Positions 1 to 9,573 of a stretch of DNA of 64,000 bases are shown here, piece by piece; the first letter of the stretch is position 1, and the number at the start of each line of letters is the position of its first letter. The stretch lies in the NCBI GenBank assembly GCA_964473825.1, contig CAYYQL010000005.1, forward strand, positions 64,759 through 128,758, written 5' to 3'. The position numbers and the translations under genes are program-made. The stretch is from an uncultured archaeon. GTDB lineage: Archaea; Asgardarchaeota; Thorarchaeia; Thorarchaeales; Thorarchaeaceae. Below the pieces are notes generated by a model that saw only the letters and a list, made by a program, of their open reading frames with translations, had not been told where the DNA came from and did not search any database.

Positions 1-311
1 CTGTATGGGCCGGATGTAATGCCGCGGATTGGTCGTTCGACGACCACCTCAGAGATACTGGATTGAGGGAGATGCCCGAGCTGTTATAGACCTCGAAGAA
101 GCGATTCTTTGATGCATGATCCGCAAAGGTCAGAAACCATGGGACGCGATTCCACTCTTCGTCGTAAGAAACCGTGTCACCTGCGAGGTCCCTACACACG
201 CCACCAGCCTCCTCCACGATGACCTGAGGGATACCAAAGTCGTGCGGACTGGTCGTTTGCTACAGGAAGACCTGAGCGTCCTCCCTCGCGATGACGACCA
301 TCCCGTGATGT
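1..311 (-). pseudogene. C-terminal fragment of inositol monophosphatase/CysQ-family gene
   Basis: Minus-strand translation ...SPHDFGIPQVIVEEAGGVCRDLAGDTVSYDEEWNRVPWFLTFA matches the C-terminus of the 8664-9505 gene. Homology stops at about 311; in-frame TAG at about 260. Confidence 0.8.
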
Positions 312-708
312 GACGTCATAGTATCTAGGGATTACAGGCCGATGAATGGAGCTGCACAGAATCTCGTGCGAGCTCGGAGCGGAAGAGCTAGGAACCAGTC
401 TCGACATCCATTGTGTCACTACCACAACAACCTAGACAAACGCTGCAGTTGTGTAGTGACGGAATCCCCTCGAGGACTAAAGACCCGCTGCCATCAGAGT
501 AGATTACTAACAGACTTGATATTGTTGATGAGTTTTGGTCTGTAGAATAAAGATAACCCCGAGGAAATAGGAACCGACACCCCCACTCTGAAACTCTTGT
601 GTGGCGGATAAGACTTATGAGGATTACAAAGATTCAACCATCTAATCAGCCAGCTATAAGTCTGGCCCTCTCGATGCCCCAGGAGCCCATGATGAGGAGA
701 AACCAATA

Positions 709-1743
709 ATGGACGAGATTGTAGCAATATTACCCGTCGCCGGCAATGCAACACGTCTAAGGCCAATCACCGATCATAAACCTAAGGCGCTGGTTGAGGT
801 CGCGGGAAAACCGGTTATAGAACATATCCTGCTCAACTTGGCACATAGCCAGATTAGAAAGCTAGTTCTTGTCGTCGGCCACCTTAAAGAGGTCCTTATT
901 GATTGGATCGAGGCCAATTTTGGCAATCAGTTCAACCTGAAGTTCGTTGAACAGAAAGAGATGCTCGGACTGGGACACGCAATTCATGCAGCAAAGGCGT
1001 ATCTTAAGGGGGAGGTGCTGATAATGCTAGGAGATGAAATCTTCTCACGGTCATACTCAGAGATGATCAGGGAATCCAGGAGTAGCGACCAGCTAGACGC
1101 CGCTGTGGGAACCATGGTAGTTGACAACCCCTCGCACTATGGCATGCTGGCCCTCGACGATCGAGGATATGTCACAAGGATGGTTGAGAAGCCAAGTAGT
1201 TTCGATGGAAATCTCGCATTAGCGGGGGTCTATTACTTCAAAAGGGGGGAAGACCTTGCAGATGCTCTGGAGTCGTTAGTAAGCAGAGACCTGAATGGTG
1301 GAGAGTATCAGCTCACCGATGCTCTCGATGTGATGGCGACGAAAGGCACCCGATTCAAGACCTTCTCCGTGGGAGAAGGATATGACTGCGGTAGACCTGA
1401 ATCCCTACTACTTAGTAATATTCGCATGCTTGCTGGAAATCATAATGTGGACAGAGAAACTAGAATAGTCGCTTCAGAAATCATTCCACCATGCATCGTT
1501 GCCAAGAACGCAGAAATATCGAACTCGACAGTCGGTCCATTCGTGTCGATTGGAAATGGTGCTAGAGTACATTCATCAGTTCTGTCGAATGTAATAGTGG
1601 AGTCTGAAACACCAGTGGAAGATGAAAGAGTAAGTCATAGCATCATCTCTAATTCGCTAACAGTCAGCCTAGATGATGAAAACATCTCTAAGATAGACTC
1701 GCTCAGCCAGAAACTCTTGGAAGAGCATAGTACCTCAGCCTAG
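709..1743 (+). CDS. Sugar-1-phosphate nucleotidylyltransferase (glucose-1-P thymidylyltransferase-like, long form)
   Basis: ILPVAGNATRLRPIT-KPK, EQKEMLGLGHAI, VEKP and EYQLTDAL motifs; hexapeptide-like C-terminal tail. Confidence 0.92.
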   Translation: MDEIVAILPVAGNATRLRPITDHKPKALVEVAGKPVIEHILLNLAHSQIRKLVLVVGHLKEVLIDWIEANFGNQFNLKFVEQKEMLGLGHAIHAAKAYLKGEVLIMLGDEIFSRSYSEMIRESRSSDQLDAAVGTMVVDNPSHYGMLALDDRGYVTRMVEKPSSFDGNLALAGVYYFKRGEDLADALESLVSRDLNGGEYQLTDALDVMATKGTRFKTFSVGEGYDCGRPESLLLSNIRMLAGNHNVDRETRIVASEIIPPCIVAKNAEISNSTVGPFVSIGNGARVHSSVLSNVIVESETPVEDERVSHSIISNSLTVSLDDENISKIDSLSQKLLEEHSTSA

Positions 1744-2128
1744 TCTCAGAGCCATGGTTCGGGGCAATGAGAACGGGCCCTTCCAGCGTCAAGAGTCTTT
1801 CACTTTGGGCGCACGATTAGCGAACAGTTTCAGGAATAAAGGCCGGAATGAACTTGAAATAGGTCCAAGCGTCTGTGGTTTGTTTGCATTGCAATGACGC
1901 ATTTCCAGTCTCAAGATGTATACGCACAGCGTCGCGGCTCTTGGCGACGTACTTGTTGTGTTTCCCGTATCAATCCATCTCTGCCGAGAGTACAGCACGC
2001 GGCTCCCCGCCCCATCTCTAGTTGTCAGGACAAGAGAGATTACGTGCTCAGGAATCTTCCAATAGTCACCTTTTTAATCTCGGCTCAGTCTGCAGGACAA
2101 GATTCCCTACAGAAGGGATTGAAATTAG

Positions 2129-3133
2129 ATGGCTGTAGGCATTTCACTCGTCGGAGCTGGTCATTGGGGAGAGAACCATCTGAAGGTTCTAAGGAAATTG
2201 AAAGACTCCGGCCTCATAGACCCCCTTGTTGTCTGCGATGCTGACACCGAGGTTGGCAAACAACTTGATGAGGATGGTGAAATCCAGTTCACGACAGATA
2301 TCAATGACATCCTCTCAGACGACGAGATTGTTGCTGTTGATATCGCCACACCAACCATGACTCATTTCGATCTTGGCAAACAAGTCTTGGAATCGGGAAA
2401 GGATGTGCTCATTGAGAAACCGCTGGCATATACGACTGAGGAATGCGATGAGCTGATATTGCTTGCAGAGAAAAATGAAAAGATACTCATGACCGGCCAC
2501 ATATTCCGGTACCATCCTGCTATTCAGATGTTAGTAGGGCAAATAGCAAACGGGAGATTTGGTGACATTCGGAGCATCGATATATCAAGACTCGCTCTGC
2601 GGGCACCTAGGACTGATATGGGTGTGCTCCACGCTCTGGCGATTCATGACATAGACTTAGCGTGTTATCTATACGGGAGGTCCTCACCGGTTTCTGTCTT
2701 CACCATGGCGCAGTCCTTCTATACGAATAACCCAGACGAGATGGCAGTCCTACTCATGGACTTTGGAGAAGGACGGATGGCTAAGATTGAGTCTAGTTGG
2801 CTCAACCCAGTGGCTCATAAAACCCGAACCCTTGAACTGATAGGATCTGAGGGGAGTGCATTCATCGACTTTCTAGATCCTCAAGTTCTCAGGGTGTTCG
2901 ATAGAGGGATAGTACGAAAGGACTCTGATGGAGAGATTGCAGTGACAGACGGCGATATCGCAGTAATGACTACAGATGCAGATATGCCTCTGGATATCGA
3001 GCTGAAACACTTTATTGATTGTGTCATCGAAAGAAAGACACCGCGGACAGATGGGTATGTTGGGCGTAACGCCGTCCGCATGATAGAGTGTGCCTTCAGG
3101 TCCTTGGAAGAGGGCGTTCCAGTCAGATTCTAA
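2129..3133 (+). CDS. Gfo/Idh/MocA oxidoreductase (WbpB-like)
   Basis: VGAGHWG Rossmann motif, KDVLIEKP, HDID; in an operon with an acetyltransferase and an aminotransferase. Confidence 0.9.
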   Translation: MAVGISLVGAGHWGENHLKVLRKLKDSGLIDPLVVCDADTEVGKQLDEDGEIQFTTDINDILSDDEIVAVDIATPTMTHFDLGKQVLESGKDVLIEKPLAYTTEECDELILLAEKNEKILMTGHIFRYHPAIQMLVGQIANGRFGDIRSIDISRLALRAPRTDMGVLHALAIHDIDLACYLYGRSSPVSVFTMAQSFYTNNPDEMAVLLMDFGEGRMAKIESSWLNPVAHKTRTLELIGSEGSAFIDFLDPQVLRVFDRGIVRKDSDGEIAVTDGDIAVMTTDADMPLDIELKHFIDCVIERKTPRTDGYVGRNAVRMIECAFRSLEEGVPVRF

Positions 3134-3145
3134 GGAGAAAGAGGA

Positions 3146-3814
3146 ATGAAAGAATTCAGTGATTGTACCCTCCATAGCACGGCAATCATCTACGATAATG
3201 TAGAACTGGGTGCGGGTGCTGTTGTCGGACCGTACGTTATCATTGGAGAACCTCCAAAGGGTGCCGACCGCGGAGATCTGAAGACAACAATAGGTGTCGA
3301 CTCCGTCATCAGATCGCATTCAGTGATATATGCGGGGAATGCGATTGGTGATAACTTCCAGACCGGACACAAGGCCAATATCAGGGAGCTCAACAAGATA
3401 GGCGACAATGTTTCCATCGGTACTCACTCCATAGTAGAACACCATGTTGATATCGGAAATCACGTCCGCATTCATTCAAATGCATTCATTCCTGAGTTCT
3501 CAGTCCTTGAGGAGGGAGCCTGGATTGGACCAAACGTCGTGTTCACAAATGCTCGACATCCACTCTGTCCTGATGCAAAAAAGTGCCTAGAGGGGCCCAC
3601 AATCAAGAGAAGGGCAAAAATCGGTGCCAACGCAACCCTCGCACCGGGCGTGGTGATAGGTGAGATGGCTCTGGTCGGAGCTGGAGCGGTAGTTGTACAT
3701 GATGTTGCGCCTCGCGCAGTTGTTGTTGGAAACCCCGCAGAAACAATCAAGACAATCGATGACCTTGAATGCGACTATGATATTCGAGAGAAGCCTTATG
3801 ATGAGTGTGATTGA
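3146..3814 (+). CDS. Hexapeptide-repeat N-acetyltransferase (WbpD-like)
   Basis: Left-handed beta-helix repeats, IGPNVVFTN, IGANAT, VVVGNPA. Confidence 0.9.
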   Translation: MKEFSDCTLHSTAIIYDNVELGAGAVVGPYVIIGEPPKGADRGDLKTTIGVDSVIRSHSVIYAGNAIGDNFQTGHKANIRELNKIGDNVSIGTHSIVEHHVDIGNHVRIHSNAFIPEFSVLEEGAWIGPNVVFTNARHPLCPDAKKCLEGPTIKRRAKIGANATLAPGVVIGEMALVGAGAVVVHDVAPRAVVVGNPAETIKTIDDLECDYDIREKPYDECD

Positions 3815-4920
3815 AGATGGACTTGCCAATACCTAGAACGAAGGTAGGCATTGACAAGGAAGCAAAAGACGTGCTTCTGGAGATTATTGATAGCGGGCGT
3901 TTCATCAAAGGACCCCATGCAGAATCCCTGGGCGAGGAATTCGCAGCATACTGTGGAGCAAATCACGGGGTCTGTACTAGCTCGGGATCCACCGCGCTAT
4001 ATGCTGCGCTGAAGGTCGCAGGGATTGGATTAGGAGATGAAGTAATCACTGTCCCGAACACATTCATTGCGACGGTCAATGCCGTGATACTCGCTGGAGC
4101 AAAACCGGTGTTTGCGGACGTGGATAGGAGTACCTTCACCTTGAGTATGGATGCTCTTGAGGCAGCAGTTTCTCCGAGAACTAAGGCAATCATCCCCGTG
4201 CACCTCTATGGCCTCATGGCGCCCATGCCAGAAATCATGGACTTCGCCGAAGACAGGGGGATTACTGTGATTGAGGATGCCTGTCAGGCCCATGGGGCCG
4301 ATATCAATGGGAGAACATCTGGATCATTCGGACACATGTCTGCATTCTCATTCTATCCGTCGAAGCTACTCAATACTGCGGGAGATGGAGGAATAGTAAT
4401 CACGGATGACGAAGATGCAGCAACAAAGATATCTAGATTCGTCAACCATGGGAGAAAGAGTCAGTATGAGTACTCAGAGTTCGGGTTCAACTTCAGGCTT
4501 AGTGAGTTCCAGGCAGCCATCGTCAGGATACATCTTAGGAGTCTGGACAAAGAGATAGCAGATAGGAGGCGTATTGCAGGGTTCTATGATGAACACCTTG
4601 AGGACATAGATGGAATCAAGCCCCCCCACGTGCCAAACGGCTACGGTCATGTCTACTACTTGTATACAACCCTTACACAAAACAGAGATGCGCTAATTCA
4701 GCATCTGGACGAGAAACAGGTTGGAGCCTCGGTTGAATATCCGGTGGTGCTACACCAACTGGACTATGTCAAATCACTCAACCCTGCGATTCCTGAGGGA
4801 GGTCTTGAGAACTCGGAGAAATGTCTTGAGGAGATATGCGCGCTTCCTATGTTCCGTAACATCTCAGAAGAAGAGCTGGGGTATGTAATAGATGCAATCG
4901 AAGAATTCTACGCAAAGTGA
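3811..4920 (+). CDS. DegT/DnrJ/EryC1/StrS aminotransferase (WbpE-like)
   Basis: SSGSTAL, TFIAT, VHLYG, IEDACQAHG, FSFYPSK (PLP lysine). Confidence 0.93.
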   Translation: MKMDLPIPRTKVGIDKEAKDVLLEIIDSGRFIKGPHAESLGEEFAAYCGANHGVCTSSGSTALYAALKVAGIGLGDEVITVPNTFIATVNAVILAGAKPVFADVDRSTFTLSMDALEAAVSPRTKAIIPVHLYGLMAPMPEIMDFAEDRGITVIEDACQAHGADINGRTSGSFGHMSAFSFYPSKLLNTAGDGGIVITDDEDAATKISRFVNHGRKSQYEYSEFGFNFRLSEFQAAIVRIHLRSLDKEIADRRRIAGFYDEHLEDIDGIKPPHVPNGYGHVYYLYTTLTQNRDALIQHLDEKQVGASVEYPVVLHQLDYVKSLNPAIPEGGLENSEKCLEEICALPMFRNISEEELGYVIDAIEEFYAK

Positions 4921-4934
4921 GGTATGAATGTAGT

Positions 4935-6281
4935 ATGAAGATACTTATAATCGGTGCGGGATATGTTGGACTCTCAACTGGAGTGGTTCTTGCGGAGGGG
5001 CACAACGTTCGACTTGTGGAGATAGACAAGGAGAGAGTTGACGCCATAAACAAGGGAGAATCGCCAATCTACGAGCAAGGCATCGACGAGCTGTTGATGA
5101 AGCAAATTGAGACGGGTAGTCTGCGAGCCCATCTTCCAAGTGAAGATTTAGGCAGGACAGATGCAGTCTTGATCTGCGTGGGCACCCCGTCTAGTGCGGA
5201 CGGGTCAGTGGACCTATCCCAAGTGACCAGCGCTGTGGATTTTATCATGGATCGTCTGGAGGAGCTGCTCGGCGATTATCTTGTCATAATCATGAAGAGC
5301 ACAGTTCCACCTGGCACCACCAGATCTTACGTTAGGAACCGTGTCAAAGAAAAAAATCTGTTGGACAGGATCGGAGTGGTTTCCAATCCAGAGTTTCTAC
5401 GAGAAGGTACTGCTCTAGAAGATACTAAGAAGCCCGATCGAACAGTGATTGGCTGCACAACTTCAAAGGAGTATGAAGTGGTCCGAAGCATCTATTCGGA
5501 AATTATCGGTGAAGGCCGCTCGGTCTACGTTCGGACGGGTATTGAGTCTGCCGAGTTATGTAAGTATGTGAGTAACAGCTTTTTGGCCACAAAGATATCG
5601 TTCTCTAATGAGATGGCTAATATCGCAGAACGTATCCCAGGCGCTGATATAGATGAAGTCATGAGATGCGTTGGACTTGATAGCAGAATATCCCCACGAT
5701 TCTTTGGAGCAGGCGCGGGATACGGCGGGTCGTGTTTCCCGAAGGACACCCTCGGACTGATGCGGCTTGCTGCCAGACTCGGAGAAGATACTCGCATCCT
5801 AGACGCTGCGGATAGTGTCAACAATGCACGACCTGAGAGGCTGGTCACAATGCTGGAAGACCTGGTGGGTGACATTTCTGATCGGAGGATTACAGTCCTA
5901 GGACTTGCCTTCAAGCCGGGGACAGATGACACAAGATATTCACCTGCACTCAAAGTTGTTGACATCCTCTTGACTAAGGGAGCAGACGTAATTGTTCATG
6001 ATCCCCTTGCTGAGAGGATTGTTCAAGATATCACCTTACCCAACAAGGTGAAGGCATCAAGCAGTCTAGAAGAGTGCCTGACTGGCTCAGAGGGCGCAAT
6101 TCTTGTCACCGACTGGCCTATGTATAAGGACACCGGCCTTGAGGAACTAACCAGAACCATGAAAAAACCAATTCTTGTGGATGGAAGAAGGGTTTTCTCG
6201 GATCAGGAACCCCCAAGGGCAATCAAGTATGTAACCATCGGCACAAGCCGAGAGATGGTAGCCAAAGAAACTGATGAGTAA
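4935..6281 (+). CDS. UDP-glucose/GDP-mannose 6-dehydrogenase family
   Basis: GAGYVG, CVGTP, KSTVPPGT, NPEFLREG, GYGGSCFPKD, LAFKPGTDDTR. Confidence 0.95.
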   Translation: MKILIIGAGYVGLSTGVVLAEGHNVRLVEIDKERVDAINKGESPIYEQGIDELLMKQIETGSLRAHLPSEDLGRTDAVLICVGTPSSADGSVDLSQVTSAVDFIMDRLEELLGDYLVIIMKSTVPPGTTRSYVRNRVKEKNLLDRIGVVSNPEFLREGTALEDTKKPDRTVIGCTTSKEYEVVRSIYSEIIGEGRSVYVRTGIESAELCKYVSNSFLATKISFSNEMANIAERIPGADIDEVMRCVGLDSRISPRFFGAGAGYGGSCFPKDTLGLMRLAARLGEDTRILDAADSVNNARPERLVTMLEDLVGDISDRRITVLGLAFKPGTDDTRYSPALKVVDILLTKGADVIVHDPLAERIVQDITLPNKVKASSSLEECLTGSEGAILVTDWPMYKDTGLEELTRTMKKPILVDGRRVFSDQEPPRAIKYVTIGTSREMVAKETDE

Positions 6282-6736
6282 GGATAGTAGAAGGTAAGGT
6301 CGGCAAGGAGGATATGTTATACCCAGAGCCCGCAATAGCTATTCCGCTGGAAGATCGTAACATTATACTCAACTCAGCGGATTCGTTGGGGGAATACTCG
6401 CTTAGTTGGAGCATAGGATCATGAATTGTTCTGCAGAGAACGCTGGCAAGTAGTTCTAACCGCTTCTCTCGGTCGTGGTTTTGCTGCGACCACAGGACTT
6501 CGCAGCGCAATCCTGCTGCACCTGTTATCTTGTGGTACGTTACGTGCGTGATAATGATATTTGATTATACCGATTGCGTGGGTGTACAGAAGATTGGATG
6601 CAGAGATATCGCGGTGGATGCCCTTGACAGGGCTCTCTAACCGTGGTGCGGGGAACCGTAGCTACTTGGTCGGTTGTGCGTTCCAACTGGACACGAGTGA
6701 TGTGCACGTTCAGTCCTCATTCAGGAGAGGCTAGAC

Positions 6737-7474
6737 ATGTTCTGGATCCTCTTCCTCGTGGGGCTGAGCTGTGGCTTTGTCGACACCGCCCTCGCGATGG
6801 GCTACGGCGTCACCAGTGCAACAGTGCTGCTTATGTTTGGTATGGCCCCAGCCCTTGTCAGTGCCTCCGTTCATGCAGCCGAGGCCATCGTGGACTCAGG
6901 TTCTGCCTACTTCCATCACAGGCTAGACAACGTGGACAGACACCTCCTTCCGACCCTGCTGATTCCAGGCATAGCCGCATCGGCCCTTGGAGCACTCGTT
7001 CTCAGCTGGCTTGCGCTCGAGTTCGCCAAGAGCTACATCAGGGTAGTCCTGATCGGAATGGGTATCATCGTTGTCGCACGCCACATCCGAAAGAGCAAGG
7101 AGATTGAATATGCTCTCTCAAAGAAGAGAGCAGGAGTAGCGGCGTTCATCGCAGCATTCCTCGACATCACAGGCGGTGGCGGATGGGGGCCGGTCATGAC
7201 GCCGACGTTGATCCTGAACGGGGCCGAGCCAAGGAAGGCCATCGGGACGGTTGAGTTCACTGAGCCGTTTGTCTCCCTCACGGCAGTGCTCGTGTTTGTG
7301 TTCACCCTCAGCCTCGATGCTACGTTCCTGTGGACGTTTCTGCCGTTGTTGATTGGTGGCCTGATCCTGACGCCTGTGGGAGCTTAGATTGCCGGCAAGA
7401 TTCCCACACGGACGCTCGGTCTGCTTGTTGGGGCGTGGCTCATCATTCTGAACATCTACGGGCTGCTGGCCTAG
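6737..7474 (+). pseudogene. TauE/SafE (TSUP) family transporter with one in-frame TAG
   Basis: GFVDTALAMGYG and GGGGWGP motifs. After the TAG at 7385-7387 the frame continues IAGKIPTRTLGLLVGAWLIILNIYGLLA (last TM helix) to a TAG at 7472-7474. Confidence 0.8.
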
Positions 7475-7523
7475 TCGATAGACTCAATCATGAATCAATC
7501 TGCGAGAGGCCTTCAGCAGAGAT

Positions 7524-8357
7524 CTAGTCATCCTGTCCCGTGGCTATCTTGCTCCCACATCTGGGACATCTAATCCAACCGGAAGAAATCCATGCCACAG
7601 TGTCATTCTGCAAAGATTGGCCGCATCTATAGCACTTCTCAGGAATCGACAGTGTCGAATTCAGCTCCATTTCAACTGATGTTTCCTCCTGTTCTACGGA
7701 TTCAGTCTGTGGAAAACAGTCTGTCTTCTCTGAAGCCTCAGATGAAGAAGAAGCGGGAGTTGCTTCAGGACTCCTCTCGTTTGAAGAGGAATGCACCTTC
7801 CTCGAAATAGACTGTTCTCGTTGATCTTGAATGGGAGTTTCTCTGCTCTTCGCACGACTTCGGCTGATTCTATCTTGAGTTTCGTCAAGCAGTTTCTTCG
7901 TGGCACGGGTTGTGACATCGCCGACTTTCTGCCCCAGTTTATCTGACATTTTCCTACCCAGCATTCCTCCCGCTTCTGCGCCAAGTCGAGATATCTGTCC
8001 TTTCGCCTCTTCTGAAAGAGCCTCAGGTGCCCCTTCCAGAGCGCGTCCAACGAGATCTGAAGCAGTGGATTTCATAGCGTCTTCTGTAAGCGTCCTTGCA
8101 TGATCAGACACCATGCCAGCAACTCTGGAACCGGCTTCAGAGGAAAAGCGGCTCTTGAATGAGTCAAGTGCTCTGGACAGAAGGCCAGGCCCTCCACCCT
8201 GGTCCTTGACGCTCACTTCTTGCGGGGCCTCAGAGTGACTCTTTGATGCTCTCTTCATATAGAGCTTGATGAGGATCAGAATCGCGAATGCAGCCATGAT
8301 GGGCAGAAGAAACACAAGTACCATCAACATGGATTCTGGAATAGGAATCTGGAACAA
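7524..8357 (-). CDS. Hypothetical protein: N-terminal TM anchor, helical/low-complexity middle, C-terminal zinc ribbon
   Basis: Hydrophobic N-terminal helix and CYRC...CPRC. A TTG start at 8357 has GGAGG 6 nt upstream; the ORF track starts it at 8447. Confidence 0.7.
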   Translation of the reverse strand: MFQIPIPESMLMVLVFLLPIMAAFAILILIKLYMKRASKSHSEAPQEVSVKDQGGGPGLLSRALDSFKSRFSSEAGSRVAGMVSDHARTLTEDAMKSTASDLVGRALEGAPEALSEEAKGQISRLGAEAGGMLGRKMSDKLGQKVGDVTTRATKKLLDETQDRISRSRAKSRETPIQDQREQSISRKVHSSSNERSPEATPASSSSEASEKTDCFPQTESVEQEETSVEMELNSTLSIPEKCYRCGQSLQNDTVAWISSGWIRCPRCGSKIATGQDD

Positions 8358-8663
8358 TAAATGCCTCCTGTACGAAACTGACAGAAACGGAATTGGGTTG
8401 CTTGGTAAAGAGTAACAGAAGCCACAGAGCACCACAAGACGTAACATTGTCCTTTCACCCTCTTCTAGGGTAGTGAATGTAGTCTGCTATTAATCCTGTC
8501 TCGGTGGACTGAGGTCGGGTCCATTGGGTGGCGAACATGAGCATGTCACCAAGTTTCTACATAAGTCCCCATAATGAATCATCCCTCTCAGGCCAGGTAT
8601 GCACGTTGTCTTTCGCAAACTTGGGAATGCTAAGTGTCGCGAAATAGTTGGCGCCCAACCATA

Positions 8664-9505
8664 CTACTCGAGCATACTGGAGGGATCATGTTGCTCGAAA
8701 AAGCGGTCTCTGGCTGTATGGTTGGCAAAGGCCAGAAACCACGGTACACGGTTCCACTCTTTATCATAGGACACTGGGTCGCCGTGGAGGTCTGTGCAGA
8801 TGCCGCCCGCCTCCTCCACGATGACCTACGGGATGCCAAAGTCGTGGGGGCTTGCCCTGTGATACAGGAGGACCTGAGCCTCGCCTTTCGCGATGGCGAC
8901 CATCCCGTGATGTGCTCCAATGGTTTCGAGGGGCTGTAGACCGAGCTCTTCGATGAGGGGTATGAACTGCTCCGCAAGTCGCTGGATGTAGTGGTCCGCA
9001 GGAGGGTGCTGTCTCGTGAAAGGTACCTCTTCTCCAAGTGCGGTCTCGACCTTAACCCCTTTGCCCCTCTGAGCAAGATAGAGCCGGTCCTGGGAGGGGA
9101 AGTAGACTGCTGAGGCCTCGAATCGCAAATCTTTTGAGAAGGCTGCACCGATAGCAAAGCCATCCCTGCCGTTCAGGTATGAGAATGTACCATCGAGGGG
9201 GTCAAGATGGTAGCAGTAGGAGGTTGCATCTCCAGTGAATATCTGAGTGCGCGGTGTGGCCTCCTCGGCGTTGATGCGGAAATCCCGACCGTGGATCTGG
9301 AGAATCTGAAGGGCGACCTCCTGCACGAGTCGTCGGCAACGGTGTGAGCAGTGGACTTCGAGTCGGCCAGGTTGTCCGGGAGATCTGACTGCTTCGGGCG
9401 ATTGTCGATGGGGCCTTGCAGGGCGTTCAGAATGATTCCGCCCGGGACGATAATTTCACGGAGTGTTACTAGTAGCTGTTCCTTGTGTTTCATTTGTAGT
9501 GACAC
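8664..9505 (-). pseudogene. Inositol monophosphatase/CysQ-family phosphatase, frameshifted and with an in-frame stop
   Basis: T-AD, AEE, LDPLDGT and HDFG...EEAGG motifs. Frameshift at about 9328; TAG at 8826-8828 where the paralogous fragment has CAG. Confidence 0.85.
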
Positions 9506-9573
9506 GTTAGCTCACTCCGGTTACTCAAAAACTGTGTCCATTAAGAATCGATTGGCAAGGGACTACATTCAGT

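Noticed and set aside
320-560. GGTCTGTAGAATAA (537-550) resembles the IS terminal repeat, with a vaguely transposase-like ORF at 342-545
   Set aside because: Imperfect match with no partner IR, TSD or DDE motif; too weak to call.
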